In this document: one piece after another, positions 24,551 through 36,042 of the stretch
Layout: each line of letters begins with the position of its first letter
How positions within the stretch are numbered: the stretch's first letter is position 1
Source of the DNA: Macrostomum hystrix
Taxonomy: Eukaryota > Animalia > Platyhelminthes
Length of the DNA stretch: 64,000 nt
NCBI GenBank assembly: GCA_950097015.1
Contig: CATNEN010000002.1
Coordinates: 9,176,001-9,240,000, forward strand
Reading direction: 5' to 3'
Position numbers and translations under genes: made by a program
The notes under the pieces: generated by a model
Database searches by the model: none
The model's input: the letters and a program-made list of their open reading frames with translations, nothing else
Told to the model about the DNA's origin: nothing

Positions 24551-24770
24551 GGGGTCGTAGCCTTGAGGTAAGAGCATCGGACTGACGACTTGAAGGTTCA
24601 GGGTTCGATTCCTGGCTCCGATGGACACTTAACTCTGTATAGTTTTTTCTGTTTACCGAGCTATCAAAATGAGCACCAGCATTAGTAGAGATATAATTGA
24701 CGGTTGGGGTGATGCCTACCACCCCAGTCCACGGTTATACAGCCGTAACTGTTCAACCATCGTTATTTTT
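24551..24770 (+). mobile_element. tRNA-derived SINE family B
   Basis: tRNA-like head GGGGTCGTAGCCTTGAGG...GGTTCGATTCCTGGCTCC with mismatched D and anticodon stems, followed by GTTTACCGAGCTATCAAAATGAGCACCAGCATT shared with the 48k copy. Confidence 0.65.
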
Positions 24771-25189
24771 TACCAATCAACACAGTTTTTATGATTATAA
24801 CTTTGAATGCACCGACATTGTTGCTTTCAATGCATTGCAACCGACTGCCCCACTGTACAGGGGTGAAATAACAATTATCCAGGGGTAGAAAAGCACAGTT
24901 TTGCCCAGCCTAATTGACGACGCATTCTTCTGACGACCTTAAATGACCGCCTGTAATCTGCATAGAATCCATGGATGGGGGGAATCATGTTTTCGCTAAA
25001 TACGGCACACACTACTCAATCAGCAGGGATGAGTAGAATATATTGAACATTCAGATAGAAAAATTTCAAAAAATGTCGACAAATCGCAAAAGCTTAGAAT
25101 CAGTTCTGCGACACTTTGTAACTTTCAAGTGCACGATAATTAGTATCGGGGAGAATATCCCAAAAAACCCGAATCTGCTTTAACTGCAA

Positions 25190-27215
25190 CAATATCCTCC
25201 TGGAGATTATTCCAGGAAACGCAAGTCTTCTTCAACTGGTGCAACAATATCCTCTTGGAGATTATTCCAGGAAACACAAGTCTGCTTCGTGCAACAATAT
25301 CCTCTTGGAGAATATTCCAGGAAACACGAGTCTGCTTCGTGCAACAATATCCTCTTGGAGATTATTCCAGGAAACACGAGACACAACAATATCCTCTTGG
25401 AGAATGTTCCAGGAAACACGAGACACAACAATATCCTCTTGGAGATTATTCCAGGAAACACGAGACACAACAATATCCTTTTGGAGATTATTCCAGGAAA
25501 CACGAGACACAACAATATCCTCTTGGAGAATGTTCCAGGAAACACGAGACACAACAATATCCTCTTGGAGAATGTTCCAGGAAACACGAGACACAACAAT
25601 ATCCTCTTGGAGATTATTCCAGGAAACACGAGACACAACAATATCCTTTTGGAGATTATTCCAGGAAACACGAGACACAACAATATCCTCTTGGAGATTA
25701 TTCCAGGAAACACGAGACACAACAATATCCTTTTGGAGATTATTCCAGGAAAACGAGACACAACAATATCCTCTTGGAGAATGTTCCAGGAAACACGAGA
25801 CACAACAATATCTTCTTGGAGAATATTCCAGGAAACACGAGTCTGCTTCAACTGGCACAACAATATCCTCTTGGAGAATATTCCAGGAAACACGAGACAC
25901 AACAATATCCTCTTGGAGAATATTCCAGGAAACACGAGTCTGCTTCAACTGGCACAACAATATCCTCTTGGAGAATATTCCAGGAAACACGAGTCTGCTT
26001 CGTGCAACAATATCCTCTTGGAGAATGTTCCAGGAAACACGAGACACAACAATATCCTCTTGGAGAATGTTCCAGGAAACACGAGACACAACAATATCCT
26101 CTTGGAGATTATTCCAGGAAACACGAGACACAACAATATCCTTTTGGAGATTATTCCAGGAAACACGAGACACAACAATATCCTCTTGGAGATTATTCCA
26201 GGAAAACGAGACACAACAATATCCTCTTGGAGAATGTTCCAGGAAACACGAGACACAACAATATCCTCTTGGAGAATGTTCCAGGAAACACGAGACACAA
26301 CAATATCCTCTTGGAGATTATTCCAGGAAACACGAGACACAACAATATCCTTTTGGAGATTATTCCAGGAAACACGAGACACAACAATATCCTCTTGGAG
26401 ATTATTCCAGGAAAACGAGACACAACAATATCCTCTTGGAGAATGTTCCAGGAAACACGAGACACAACAATATCCTCTTGGAGAATGTTCCAGGAAACAC
26501 GAGACACAACAATATCCTCTTGGAGAATGTTCCAGGAAACACGAGACACAACAATATCCTCTTGGAGAATGTTCCAGGAAACACGAGACACAACAATATC
26601 CTCTTGGAGAATGTTCCAGGAAACACGAGACACAACAATATCCTCTTGGAGAATGTTCCAGGAAACACGAGACACAACAATATCCTCTTGGAGAATGTTC
26701 CAGGAAACACGAGACACAACAATATCCTCTTGGAGAATGTTCCAGGAAACACGAGACACAACAATATCCTCTTGGAGAATGTTCCAGGAAACACGAGACA
26801 CAACAATATCCTCTTGGAGAATATTCCAGGAAACACGAGACACAACAATATCCTCTTGGAGAATATTCCAGGAAACACGAGTCTGCTTCAACTGGCACAA
26901 CAATATCCTCTTGGAGAATATTCCAGGAAACACGAGACACAACAATATCCTCTTGGAGAATATTCCAGGAAACACGAGTCTGCTTCAACTGGCACAACAA
27001 TATCCTCTTGGAGAATATTCCAGGAAACACGAGACACAACAATATCCTCTTGGAGAATATTCCAGGAAACACGAGTCTGCTTCAACTGGCACAACAATAT
27101 CCTCTTGGAGAATATTCCAGGAAACACGAGTCTGCTTCTACTGGCACAACAATATCCTCTTGGAGAATATTCCAGGAAACACGAGTCTGCTTCTACTGGC
27201 ACAACAATATCCTTT
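25190..27215. repeat. 42-bp minisatellite (GACACAACAATATCCTCTTGGAGAATGTTCCAGGAAACACGA) with 41- and ~50-bp variants
   Basis: Period 42 (14-aa periodicity in the pseudo-ORFs, e.g. RHNNILLENVPGNT). Confidence 0.95.
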
Positions 27216-27599
27216 TGATCCGAGAGCAGGCTAAGACCGGCTCACACCCACGCATAGATCAGATTCCTTTCCCAGCTTTGGAAAATGCCTGCCGAATATC
27301 CCAACAACGAAATCTCTTGATCTAACTAGGCTCGCCAGCTTACGAGATCTAGTTTTGAGCCTGGCTTCCAGCGTCTGCGGGGTGGGTGTTGCCGGGCTTC
27401 ATTTATCCTTAAGGAATATTATCCCATTCAGTGCCTTCGAGACATTATCGACTAAGATCGGGAGATGAGATCAACTGTGCTCAACTGAGCTGGCATCGGG
27501 TATCGATGCTGCCTGGTGAATTTTGTCCAAAAACAAGTCTCAAAATAAGCAACTTTGGCTGATTTCAGAAGTGAAGTGAGGCTTGAATTCAGAATACCA

Positions 27600-27780
27600 A
27601 TGCAGGATTAGGATTTGGAATCGCAGCAGCTGATTTAGAATCGCAGCAGGACTTTGAATCGCAGCAGGATTTGGAATCGCAGGAGGATTTGGAATCGCAG
27701 CAAAATTCGGAATCGCAGCAGGATTTGGAATCGCAGGAGGATTTGGAATCGCAGCAGCTGATTTAGAATCGCAGCAGGAT
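27600..27780. repeat. 18-bp tandem repeat (GGATTTGGAATCGCAGCA)
   Basis: About 9-10 visible units immediately 5' of the RTE insertion. Confidence 0.85.
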
Positions 27781-27783
27781 AAA

Positions 27784-29220
27784 TTTTGTGCGTGCTCGCC
27801 GGCGCCCCTGCGCCCACCGAGTGGACCGTAGCACACATCGTGCCGATCCCGAAGAAGGCCGGGACAACGCGGAAAGAAGATCACCGCGGGATCTCGCTTA
27901 TGTCCTGCACCGCGAAGCTTTTCAACCGACTGCTTCTCGATCGCCTTCAGTCGGTGCTGGACCCGTACCTCCGTTACGAGCAGAACGGGTTCCGGCCACA
28001 GCGCGGTACAGTAACCCAGATCCTCGCACTCCGCCGTGTCATCGAGGAGGCGCGCATCCGCCAGTCAACGCTGATCGTCGTGTTTGTCGACTTCCGCAAG
28101 GCGTTTGACTCGGTGTCGAGGGCCGCGCTTCCACTAGTCCTTCGTGCCTACCGGGTCCCAGAGCAGCTAGTCGCCGCTGTCATGTCGCTGTATCGCGACA
28201 CGCGCGCGCGCTGCTGTTGTTACGGCGGACGGCCTGTCCGACCTGTTTGCCACCTCGTCAGGAGTGCTGCAGGGCGACACGCTGGCCCCGTTCCTCTTCG
28301 TGCTTCTCCTGGACTGGGTGCTTCGGACTGCGCTCCCCTCGGCTGAAGACGGCTTCCTGCTACGCAGACGCATCGGTCGCCGCCACGATGAGAAGCGCCT
28401 CAGTGTGCTTGGCTACGCCGACGACCTCGCCCTCCTGTCCTCGACTGTCGAAGGTGCCCAGCGCCAGATTGACAGGTTGGCTGAGGTGGCATCAAGCGTC
28501 GGCCTAGTGATCAACACGCTTAAGACCGAGGTGCTGACCGTGCCGGCCGACATCCCAGCGGACCTGACGTGCCGCGGCGCAGACGGGCAGATCATCTCGC
28601 TCGCACGCTGCCAGCGCTTCACTTACCTCGGCGGTCTGGTGCCCAACGTGGAAGACGACATCCGGCGGCGCAGAGGACTCGCATGGGCGGCCTACCGTTC
28701 GATCCGGGCCTTCCTCCAGTCCACAGCGCTGCCTGACCGCCAGAGGGCTCGGCTGTGGCAGGCGGTGATCGAGACCGTCCTGCTGTACAACGCCGAGTCG
28801 TGGACGCTGACGGCTACGCTGGAGCGGCAGCTGGACTCGGCGCACTCGGGGCTGCTCCGTGCGGCCTTTCAAGCTGACGAGAGCGTCAGGACGGAGGCTC
28901 TGTATGAGAGAGCTCAGCTGCAACGCCCGTCCACCATCCTGCGCCAGCGACGACTTCGACTAGCGGGCCACGTCATTCGGGCCGAAAGCTACTGCCGCCA
29001 GCCCGCCCAGGACGTCCTTCTGCTCACCCTGCAGGGCCCGTTCAGGCGCGGCCAGGCTCGGACCCACCGCTACGTCGACTGCCTGCTGAGCGACGCCAGG
29101 GCGCCCGACACTGCCTCCGGCGCGGACCATGTTCGCGCGCTGGCTCTGCGGCGCATCATTTGACGCCGCCCCCCTGACGTTTGGGGCTTGCGTATTTTGT
29201 TGTTGTTGTTGTTGTTGTTG
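27784..29220 (+). mobile_element. 5'-truncated RTE-clade non-LTR retrotransposon
   Basis: RT motifs HIVPIPKK, HRGISLMS, EQNGFRPQRGT, VFVDFRKAFDSV, GVLQGDTLAPFLF, LGYADDLALL and FTYLG. One frameshift at ~28205-28215. (TTG)n tail at 29197-29220. TSD AGGATAAA at 27776-27783 and 29221-29228. Confidence 0.92.
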
Positions 29221-29874
29221 AGGATAAAACTGGCAATCAAATTTCTTAGTTCATTTTTCAATCCATCATTTCAAAAGGTTAACTTGAAGAGTTCGTCTGC
29301 TCCTGCCAGGGGTTAGCGATATGGGCGGCATCAGCCGCCTCCTCGCTGCGTCCGTCATGGAGGCTCCCTGCCGCTAAGTCAAAGTAAGTCAAGTTCGTCT
29401 GCTTAAGCGCAATGACATCACGTGCAAGAGTGGCGCGCCTGCAGGATGTGGGAATTCTGATTTGGCAGTGAGCAGTGCGTGAGCACTAATCAGACTCTCA
29501 GGCTTCAAAAAATCCTTTCCAACATGCTCAATGGCAGAAATGTCTAGAAAAAATACCTGACCGGCAGTTCAAAGGAAATCAGGGAAGAAACGGAAAGCTC
29601 CAGTAAGAGGAGCTAAAATTATCCCAAGCTCAGCAGACAAGTCCCGACTCAGTGACGCACAACCCGCCTACCCAACTGCACTCAAACTGAAGCATTCCCA
29701 GGATCGAATGAGAAGGATATCTGGTCCGCGCGAATGGGGATCTTGCAAGGTTACATGGGCCATGCTAGACCGACCATCCCACCTCATTAACTATTAACTC
29801 CATGCTCTGGCATGCCGAAACTCAACTCAGAATGTTGAGAATTAGAGCTCTTGTACTGCTGCTTCATTAGATCA

Positions 29875-31495
29875 GTTCCATTCCACACACACCTAGTCTG
29901 GTCATGCCATTCCACACACACACAGTCTGGTCGTGCCATTCCACACACACACAGTCTGGTCATGCCATTCCACACACACACAGTCTGGTCATGCCATTCC
30001 ACACACACACAGTCTGGTCGTGCCATTCCACACACACACAGTCTGGTCATGCTATTCCACACACACACAGTCTGGTCATGCCATTCCACACACACACAGT
30101 CTGGTCATGCCATTCCACACACACACAGTCTGGTCATGCCATTCCACACACACACAGTCTGGTCATACCATTCCACACACACACCTAGTCTGGTCATGCC
30201 ATTCCACACACACCTAGTCTGGTCATGCCATTCCACACACACACAGTCTGGTCATGCTATTCCACACACACACAGTCTGGTCATGCCATTCCACACACAC
30301 ACAGTCTGGTCATACCATTCCACACACACACAGTCTGGTCATACCATTCCACATACACACACTGTCTGGTCATGTCATTCCACACACACTGTCTGGTCAT
30401 GCCATTCCACATACACACACTGTCTGGTCATGCCATTCCACACACACAGTCTGGTCATGCCATTCCACATACACACTGTCTGGTCATGCCATTCCACATA
30501 CACAAACAGTCTGGTCATGCCATTCCACACACACATAGTCTGGTCATGCCATTCCACACACACATAGTCTAGTCATGCCATTCCACACACACACTGTCTG
30601 GTCATGCCATTCCTCACACACATAGTCTGGTCATGCCATTCCACACACACACAGTCTGGTCATGCCATTCCACAAACACACAGTCTGGTCATGCCATTCC
30701 ACAAACACACAGTCTGGTCATGCCATTCCACACACACACAGTCTGGTCATACCATTCCACACACACACACACTGTCTGGTCATGCCATTCCACATACACA
30801 CACTGTCTGGTCATGCCATTCCACACACACACTGTCTGGTCATACCATTCCACACACACACAGTCTGGTCATACCATTCCACACACACACAGTCTGGTCA
30901 TACCATTCCACACACACACACTGTCTGGTCATGCCATTCCACACACACTGTCTGGTCATGCCATTCCACATACACACAGTCTGGTCATGCCATTCCACAC
31001 ACACATAGTCTGGTCATGCCATTCCACACACACATAGTCTAGTCATGCCATTCCACATACACACAGTCTGGTCATACCATTTCACACACACACAGTCTGG
31101 TCATGCCATTCCTTACACACATAGTCTGGTCATGCCATTCCACACACACACAGTCTGGTCATGCCATTCCACAAACACACAGTCTGGTCATGCCATTCCA
31201 CAAACACACAGTCTGGTCATGCCATTCCACACACACACTGTCTGGTCATGCCATTTCACACACACAGTCTGGTCATGCCATTTCACACACACAGTCTGGT
31301 CATGCCATTCCACACACACACACACACTGTCTGGTCATGCCATTTCACACACACAGTCTGGTCATGCCATTCCACACACACACACACTGTCTGGTCATGC
31401 CATTTCACACACACAGTCTGGTCATGCCATTTCACACACACTGTCTGGTCATGCCATTCCTCACACACACTGTCTGGTCATGCCATTCCTCACAC
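29875..31495. repeat. ~27-31-bp minisatellite CAGTCTGGTCATGCCATTC + variable (CA)n
   Basis: Directly visible; unit length varies with the embedded CA microsatellite. Confidence 0.95.
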
Positions 31496-33095
31496 AATAA
31501 AATTTGTTGAACTGTGAGAAGTTTGTCTCAGACAGGTGGGTCAGTTCTTGCCTCAGAAATTTCCTATATCAGTTTTTCCCAGTCCATGGCTGTGTGAGGC
31601 GGATTCGAAGGCCTTGTGAGCAGGACCTGGCCTGACCCTGGAGTGCCTGGGAGAGCCTGAGAGGATCGGATGACGCAGCTCGGGGCAAAATGCTTCCCAA
31701 TTAGGGACTAATAATTAGCCGTGGAAAAACACGGACAGCTCATCATGGCCTACTCAAAGCTTCTCATCAATCTGAGCTGCAGAAGTCTCTTTGCCTCGGG
31801 TTGCATTAGCGAATGCGAAAGATCAGAGAAATTGGAGCATCAGGGCTGCCTCTGATCCTGCGCCCTAGCAGTCATAATTGACTCCTCAACCTGCGGCAGC
31901 GGGCAAACTTGCCGATCGAATGATCTACGGGGCTCGGAGTCTGTGAGGTTTCAACTTCAATGCAATGAACAATGAGGCTTTAATTAGACTGGTCGGTTGG
32001 ATATTGTCAGTGTGTGCACAGGCGGGTATCAATGCCTGGCTAGACGCACTGCATGGCCCCACTAACTAGACCAGTGAGCCTCAGTTGTCCCCTCCATCTC
32101 CGTCCCATCTCGCCTGGCAGCTCCGCTTTCTTTTCTCTTTTCTTCTCCAGCGCACATCGCGGAGCTGCCATCATCTGCGGGCAATCAGGGGGGAGGCCCG
32201 GCGCTGTCTCTTCCGTCCCAAATCCCATTTATCCCAGCTGGGCGCGGCCACGCACACAAGCCTTGGATACCGCAGCGCTGCCTTTGCGGGGAAAGAAACA
32301 TTTTTTCTCCTCAGCTCAGCTAGGCCAGTCTCCCCTGCGTACTCGCCTGAGCCGCCCTGTCCGTATTGATTTATTTCTGACTAGGGGGACGCTGGATCCA
32401 CCCAAACCCACCCTCGCACGTGATGAGGTAGTGATGGATGCTGAGCCGCCCGGCCCTTCTCTCCCGGACTCTCCAGTGAGCTGGCTGCTCAGTCAGCCAA
32501 TGAGCGCCTCCTGATCCCCACTGCCGGCTCTCTCGCCGTCGACGATGTCCCGCCAACCCCAACCTCCGCCACTTCGCCCCCGGGACGCCCAACCCGGCCT
32601 CCCCAACTTCTGCCCCAGCCAGTGAGGCTCGCCTCGTTCCGCTGCATCGCCATGGCGGGCCGCAGGTACTCCTCCTAAAGGCCTGCTCAGACTCCAACCT
32701 AAGCCTCAACCCTCCGCGCATTTCTGCTTGCATCTGCGAGCTCAGCAGCTCAAACTCTCTCCTGGCCTCACAAACACACAAACAGAGCCGTTTGAGTTAA
32801 ATGGAAGGCCAGCTCAGCAGCGTCCTTTGACTGGATTCGCTGCAGCAGCAAACGGAAGGGAGAAGGCAGAAGACATTTTCAAATCCCCTCCCTAGCTGGG
32901 CAAGCAGCAGAGCGCCTTACTTCTAATCCCGGCCGCTTCATAAGCTCCCCGACCCTAAGCTGCAGGCCGACTTCATCTGCTCATCCGGTAGGCCTCAACC
33001 GCCCAGAGACGACGCGGTGATGAGCCGCTAACGCTGAGCAGGGCCACTGAACACCAAACATTGGAGACATCAGCTCGCAGCCCGCGCAGGTTGAC

Positions 33096-34202
33096 ATGGG
33101 GACAGTGCTGTCCTCGCCCAGGGACGGAGCCCCCACCGGCTTCAATGGCAGCGGCGGCGGTGGCGGCAACGGCTGGAGCCAGCAGCTGCGCACCTCGAAG
33201 TCCACCTTCAGTCTGAAGACGGACCGGGGAGCCATCGGAGCGGCCCCAGCCGCAGCCTCCGGCCAGTCGAACGGCGGCATCTTCAGAGCCGGTCTGCCCA
33301 GCTCAATCAGCTTCCGCAACCTCAGCATCGGCCAGGCGAGCTTCGGCAGGCGGAAGGACAAGACTGCATCGGCGAGCCAACAGCCGCAGCAGCAACAGCA
33401 GCAGCAGCAGCAATCTGGAAAGCAGCAGCAGCTTCTGCAGCCTCCACCCATAGCAACCATCTCGAATTGGTCAAATGACAGCGGAGTTCAGCCAAATCAC
33501 AATCACAACCACCACCACCACCACCACCACCACCACCACGGCGCCCACCAGCTGCATCAGCAGCAGCTGCAGCTCCCAGCAGCCCCGAGTAAGTCACAGC
33601 AGAGCCGATCTGGCCTCACAAAGTCCACCTCCTGCTATGCGTTCAAGGCGTCGGCTGGGGCAGCTGCAGCTGGCTCCGCCTCCGGCGCCGCAGTCCAGGA
33701 GAGCGACAAGGAGAACAACCGCTCTGGATCCTCGGACAGCCGGAAAATGCTGGTCCAGGCGAGCACCTCCGACCTGCTGAAGTGCGTTGCGGCCTACCTG
33801 CGGCAGCACTGCTCCGTGCTCAGCTGCGACTCCGGCTCCGTGGTATCGTGGATCCGCTCGGTGGACCGGAACCTCATCCTGCAGGGCTGGGCGGACATGG
33901 CCTTCGTGAATCCGCCCAACCTGGTGTTCTTCTACCTACTGGTGAAGGCGGCCGTGCCAGCGGACATCGCCTCCGAGCGGCAGCTGCAGGCGACTCTGCT
34001 GACCTGCCTGTACGTGGCCTACTCCTACATGGGCAACGAGATCAGCTACCCGCTGAAGCCCTTTCTGGTGGACGGCAACCGCGCGGCCTTCTGGGACCGC
34101 TGCATCAGCCTGGCCAACCTGCGCAGCGGCGACATGTTGCGGCTGAACTCCGACCCCGCCTTCTTCATCGATGTGTTCACTGAGCTCAGGTCGTATGCGT
34201 GA
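33096..34202 (+). CDS. CDK5R1: Cyclin-dependent kinase 5 activator (p35/p39 family), intronless, 368 aa
   Basis: MGTVLS myristoylation start. Conserved p25 domain QASTSDLLKC...LQGWADMAFVNPPNLVFFY...LTCLYVAYSYMGNEISYPLKPFLV...AFWDRC...LRLNSDPAFFIDVFTELR. PolyQ and polyH tracts in the N-terminal half. Confidence 0.95.
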   Translation: MGTVLSSPRDGAPTGFNGSGGGGGNGWSQQLRTSKSTFSLKTDRGAIGAAPAAASGQSNGGIFRAGLPSSISFRNLSIGQASFGRRKDKTASASQQPQQQQQQQQQSGKQQQLLQPPPIATISNWSNDSGVQPNHNHNHHHHHHHHHHGAHQLHQQQLQLPAAPSKSQQSRSGLTKSTSCYAFKASAGAAAAGSASGAAVQESDKENNRSGSSDSRKMLVQASTSDLLKCVAAYLRQHCSVLSCDSGSVVSWIRSVDRNLILQGWADMAFVNPPNLVFFYLLVKAAVPADIASERQLQATLLTCLYVAYSYMGNEISYPLKPFLVDGNRAAFWDRCISLANLRSGDMLRLNSDPAFFIDVFTELRSYA

Positions 34203-34438
34203 GCCTGAGCCTGTTCCTGAGCTCAGGTCGTATGCGTGAGCCTGAGCCTGTTCCTGAGCTCAGGTCGTATGCGTGAGCCTGAGCCTGTTCCTGAGCTCAG
34301 GTCGTATGCGTGAGCCTGAGCCTGTTCCTGAGCTCAGGTCGTATGCGTGAGCCTGAGCCTGTTCCTGAGCTCAGGTCGTATGCGTGAGCCTGAGCCTGTT
34401 CCTGAGCTCAGGTCGTATGCGTGAGCCTGAGCCTGTCC
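34180..34438 (+). repeat. 37-bp tandem repeat x7 containing the last codons and stop codon of p35
   Basis: CTGAGCTCAGGTCGTATGCGTGAGCCTGAGCCTGTTC starting at 34180, 34217, 34254, 34291, 34328, 34365 and 34402. Confidence 0.95.
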
Positions 34439-36042
34439 TGCATATCTGAATTGTCTTGCTATACAAATCGTTTCCTAAACCTTGGATTCATTCTCTGATT
34501 CCCTTCTCGGACTGTTTCATCCAGCAGGTCGCTCAGGTGTGTTTTTGGCTCTCCTTAGTAGCTATTTAGTCTCTGCGGCGCACATTCTTATCGATTATCT
34601 TGTTGCGCTCCCAAAGCAGATTGCACTCCCTCACAGCATCCTGTTGTCCTCATTGCTGGTGGAGTTTCAGCCTAAGCTTGCTATTCAAAGATTATTCAAA
34701 GATAAACTCTATATCGGATCGTGCTCTCAGTGTTGAGTTGCTTTCAGTTTCCAGTTTGATTTGTTCGATGTCTATTCATAAATAGCTATTCATGTTTTTC
34801 CATCGTCACATCACTGCAGTTCGAGATTTTGCGTGTAGAAATTTGGTTTCTATGTTTCTCTGTCCCGCTCTGTTTCGTCAGTTTCTGTTTTCAAACATTT
34901 TGCATAATTACCAGCATGAGATAATGTGACTGAAGGTTGACAGCAAGATGAAATATAGAATCAGCGGTTCGAATTTTCAACGAGTTTTTATGTTTCTAAG
35001 GCGTTAAACTCAGATGTGATTTCTCTGGTCTGCTTGAAGATTTATTTTTTCCAAATCCAATAACAGCTCCAGTATTGAGTGGACTTGTCGACGTGCAAGA
35101 GGAAATGGGATTTCGTTGCCCTCGGCAATGTCCCCACGCTGCAGCCCACGCTGTCTGAATTGCATCGAGTATTGGCGCCTCCAGGACCGAGGGCTGAGGA
35201 CTGCTGAAGTGGATCGAATCGCTGTCAGTGGCGGCACAACAGAACTCAATATTCCATTGCTGTATCACGCTATGAAAATCCTGAGAACTTTTAACAGCCT
35301 TTGAAAAAAAACTGGACAGCAATGACACGTGCGACTTCCTATCTCACTTATCAACCGATTCAGCTAGGACTACTTTTCCCTATCTGCTTGTAGAAGCAAA
35401 TTACTCAAGTATAAGACTTAGAAATCTGAAAAGAACTCGAGAGAAAACTTTCGCCAAGAGGTCAAGCAACTAAGAATAGACAGATTAGATAAACACTCGC
35501 CCCGAGCTTTCACTTGCATTCCAGCTCAACACAACCCGGCCCATCTGGATCTCGCGCGGCCCGACACGACACGGCCCGGCTTAATCTGACCCGATCCTGC
35601 CCGACGTCGGTCCAACGCGATCTGGACCTGCCTGGACTTACCCGACCGGGCACGGCCTGATGCAACCTGGCCCGGTCCTGCCTGTGAAATCAGAGCCGGC
35701 CTGGGCCCTATCTGGAGAAGAGGAGAAGACCGGGACCGCCCAAGAAGATCTGATTGACGAAGGGACGGCGACAACAAACATTAGATAAAGGGGACTCCAT
35801 AGAAACGGGAACTTTTCCTAACTCAACCAACGCGTTTGGGCCTTTGACCCGCCCTCCATAGGACAGGGGTTGGCGTGCCTGCCAACCAAGTAGTCTAATG
35901 TTTTGTGCTGAATTGGACTCGGGGCTGCGACCCCACTCGACTCATTATCACTAAGCGCTCTGATGATAAAGTTTTACCACCTCCCCAAGGGAGGGATTTT
36001 CAAACAATATATAAGTCGAAGCGGAGCGAGGGAAAATGTTCC

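Noticed and set aside
24551-24621. tRNA-Val-like cloverleaf (also 19591-19670)
   Set aside because: Mismatched D, anticodon and T stems, no T-run terminator directly after, and continuation into a shared SINE body: a SINE head, not a tRNA gene.
25190-27215. CRISPR-like appearance (regular, partly palindromic ~42-bp units)
   Set aside because: No unique spacers, no cas genes, eukaryotic context: a plain tandem satellite. The same applies to the 86-bp array at 45602-46367.
27220-27560. Possible 5' part of the RTE element
   Set aside because: The TSD at 27776-27783 places the insertion boundary downstream; no APE motif is present.
35020-35330. Plus-strand frame interrupted only by four TGA codons (possible recoding)
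   Set aside because: It is the antisense shadow of a 110-aa minus-strand ORF with TCA codons. No homology, start or SECIS is recognisable.
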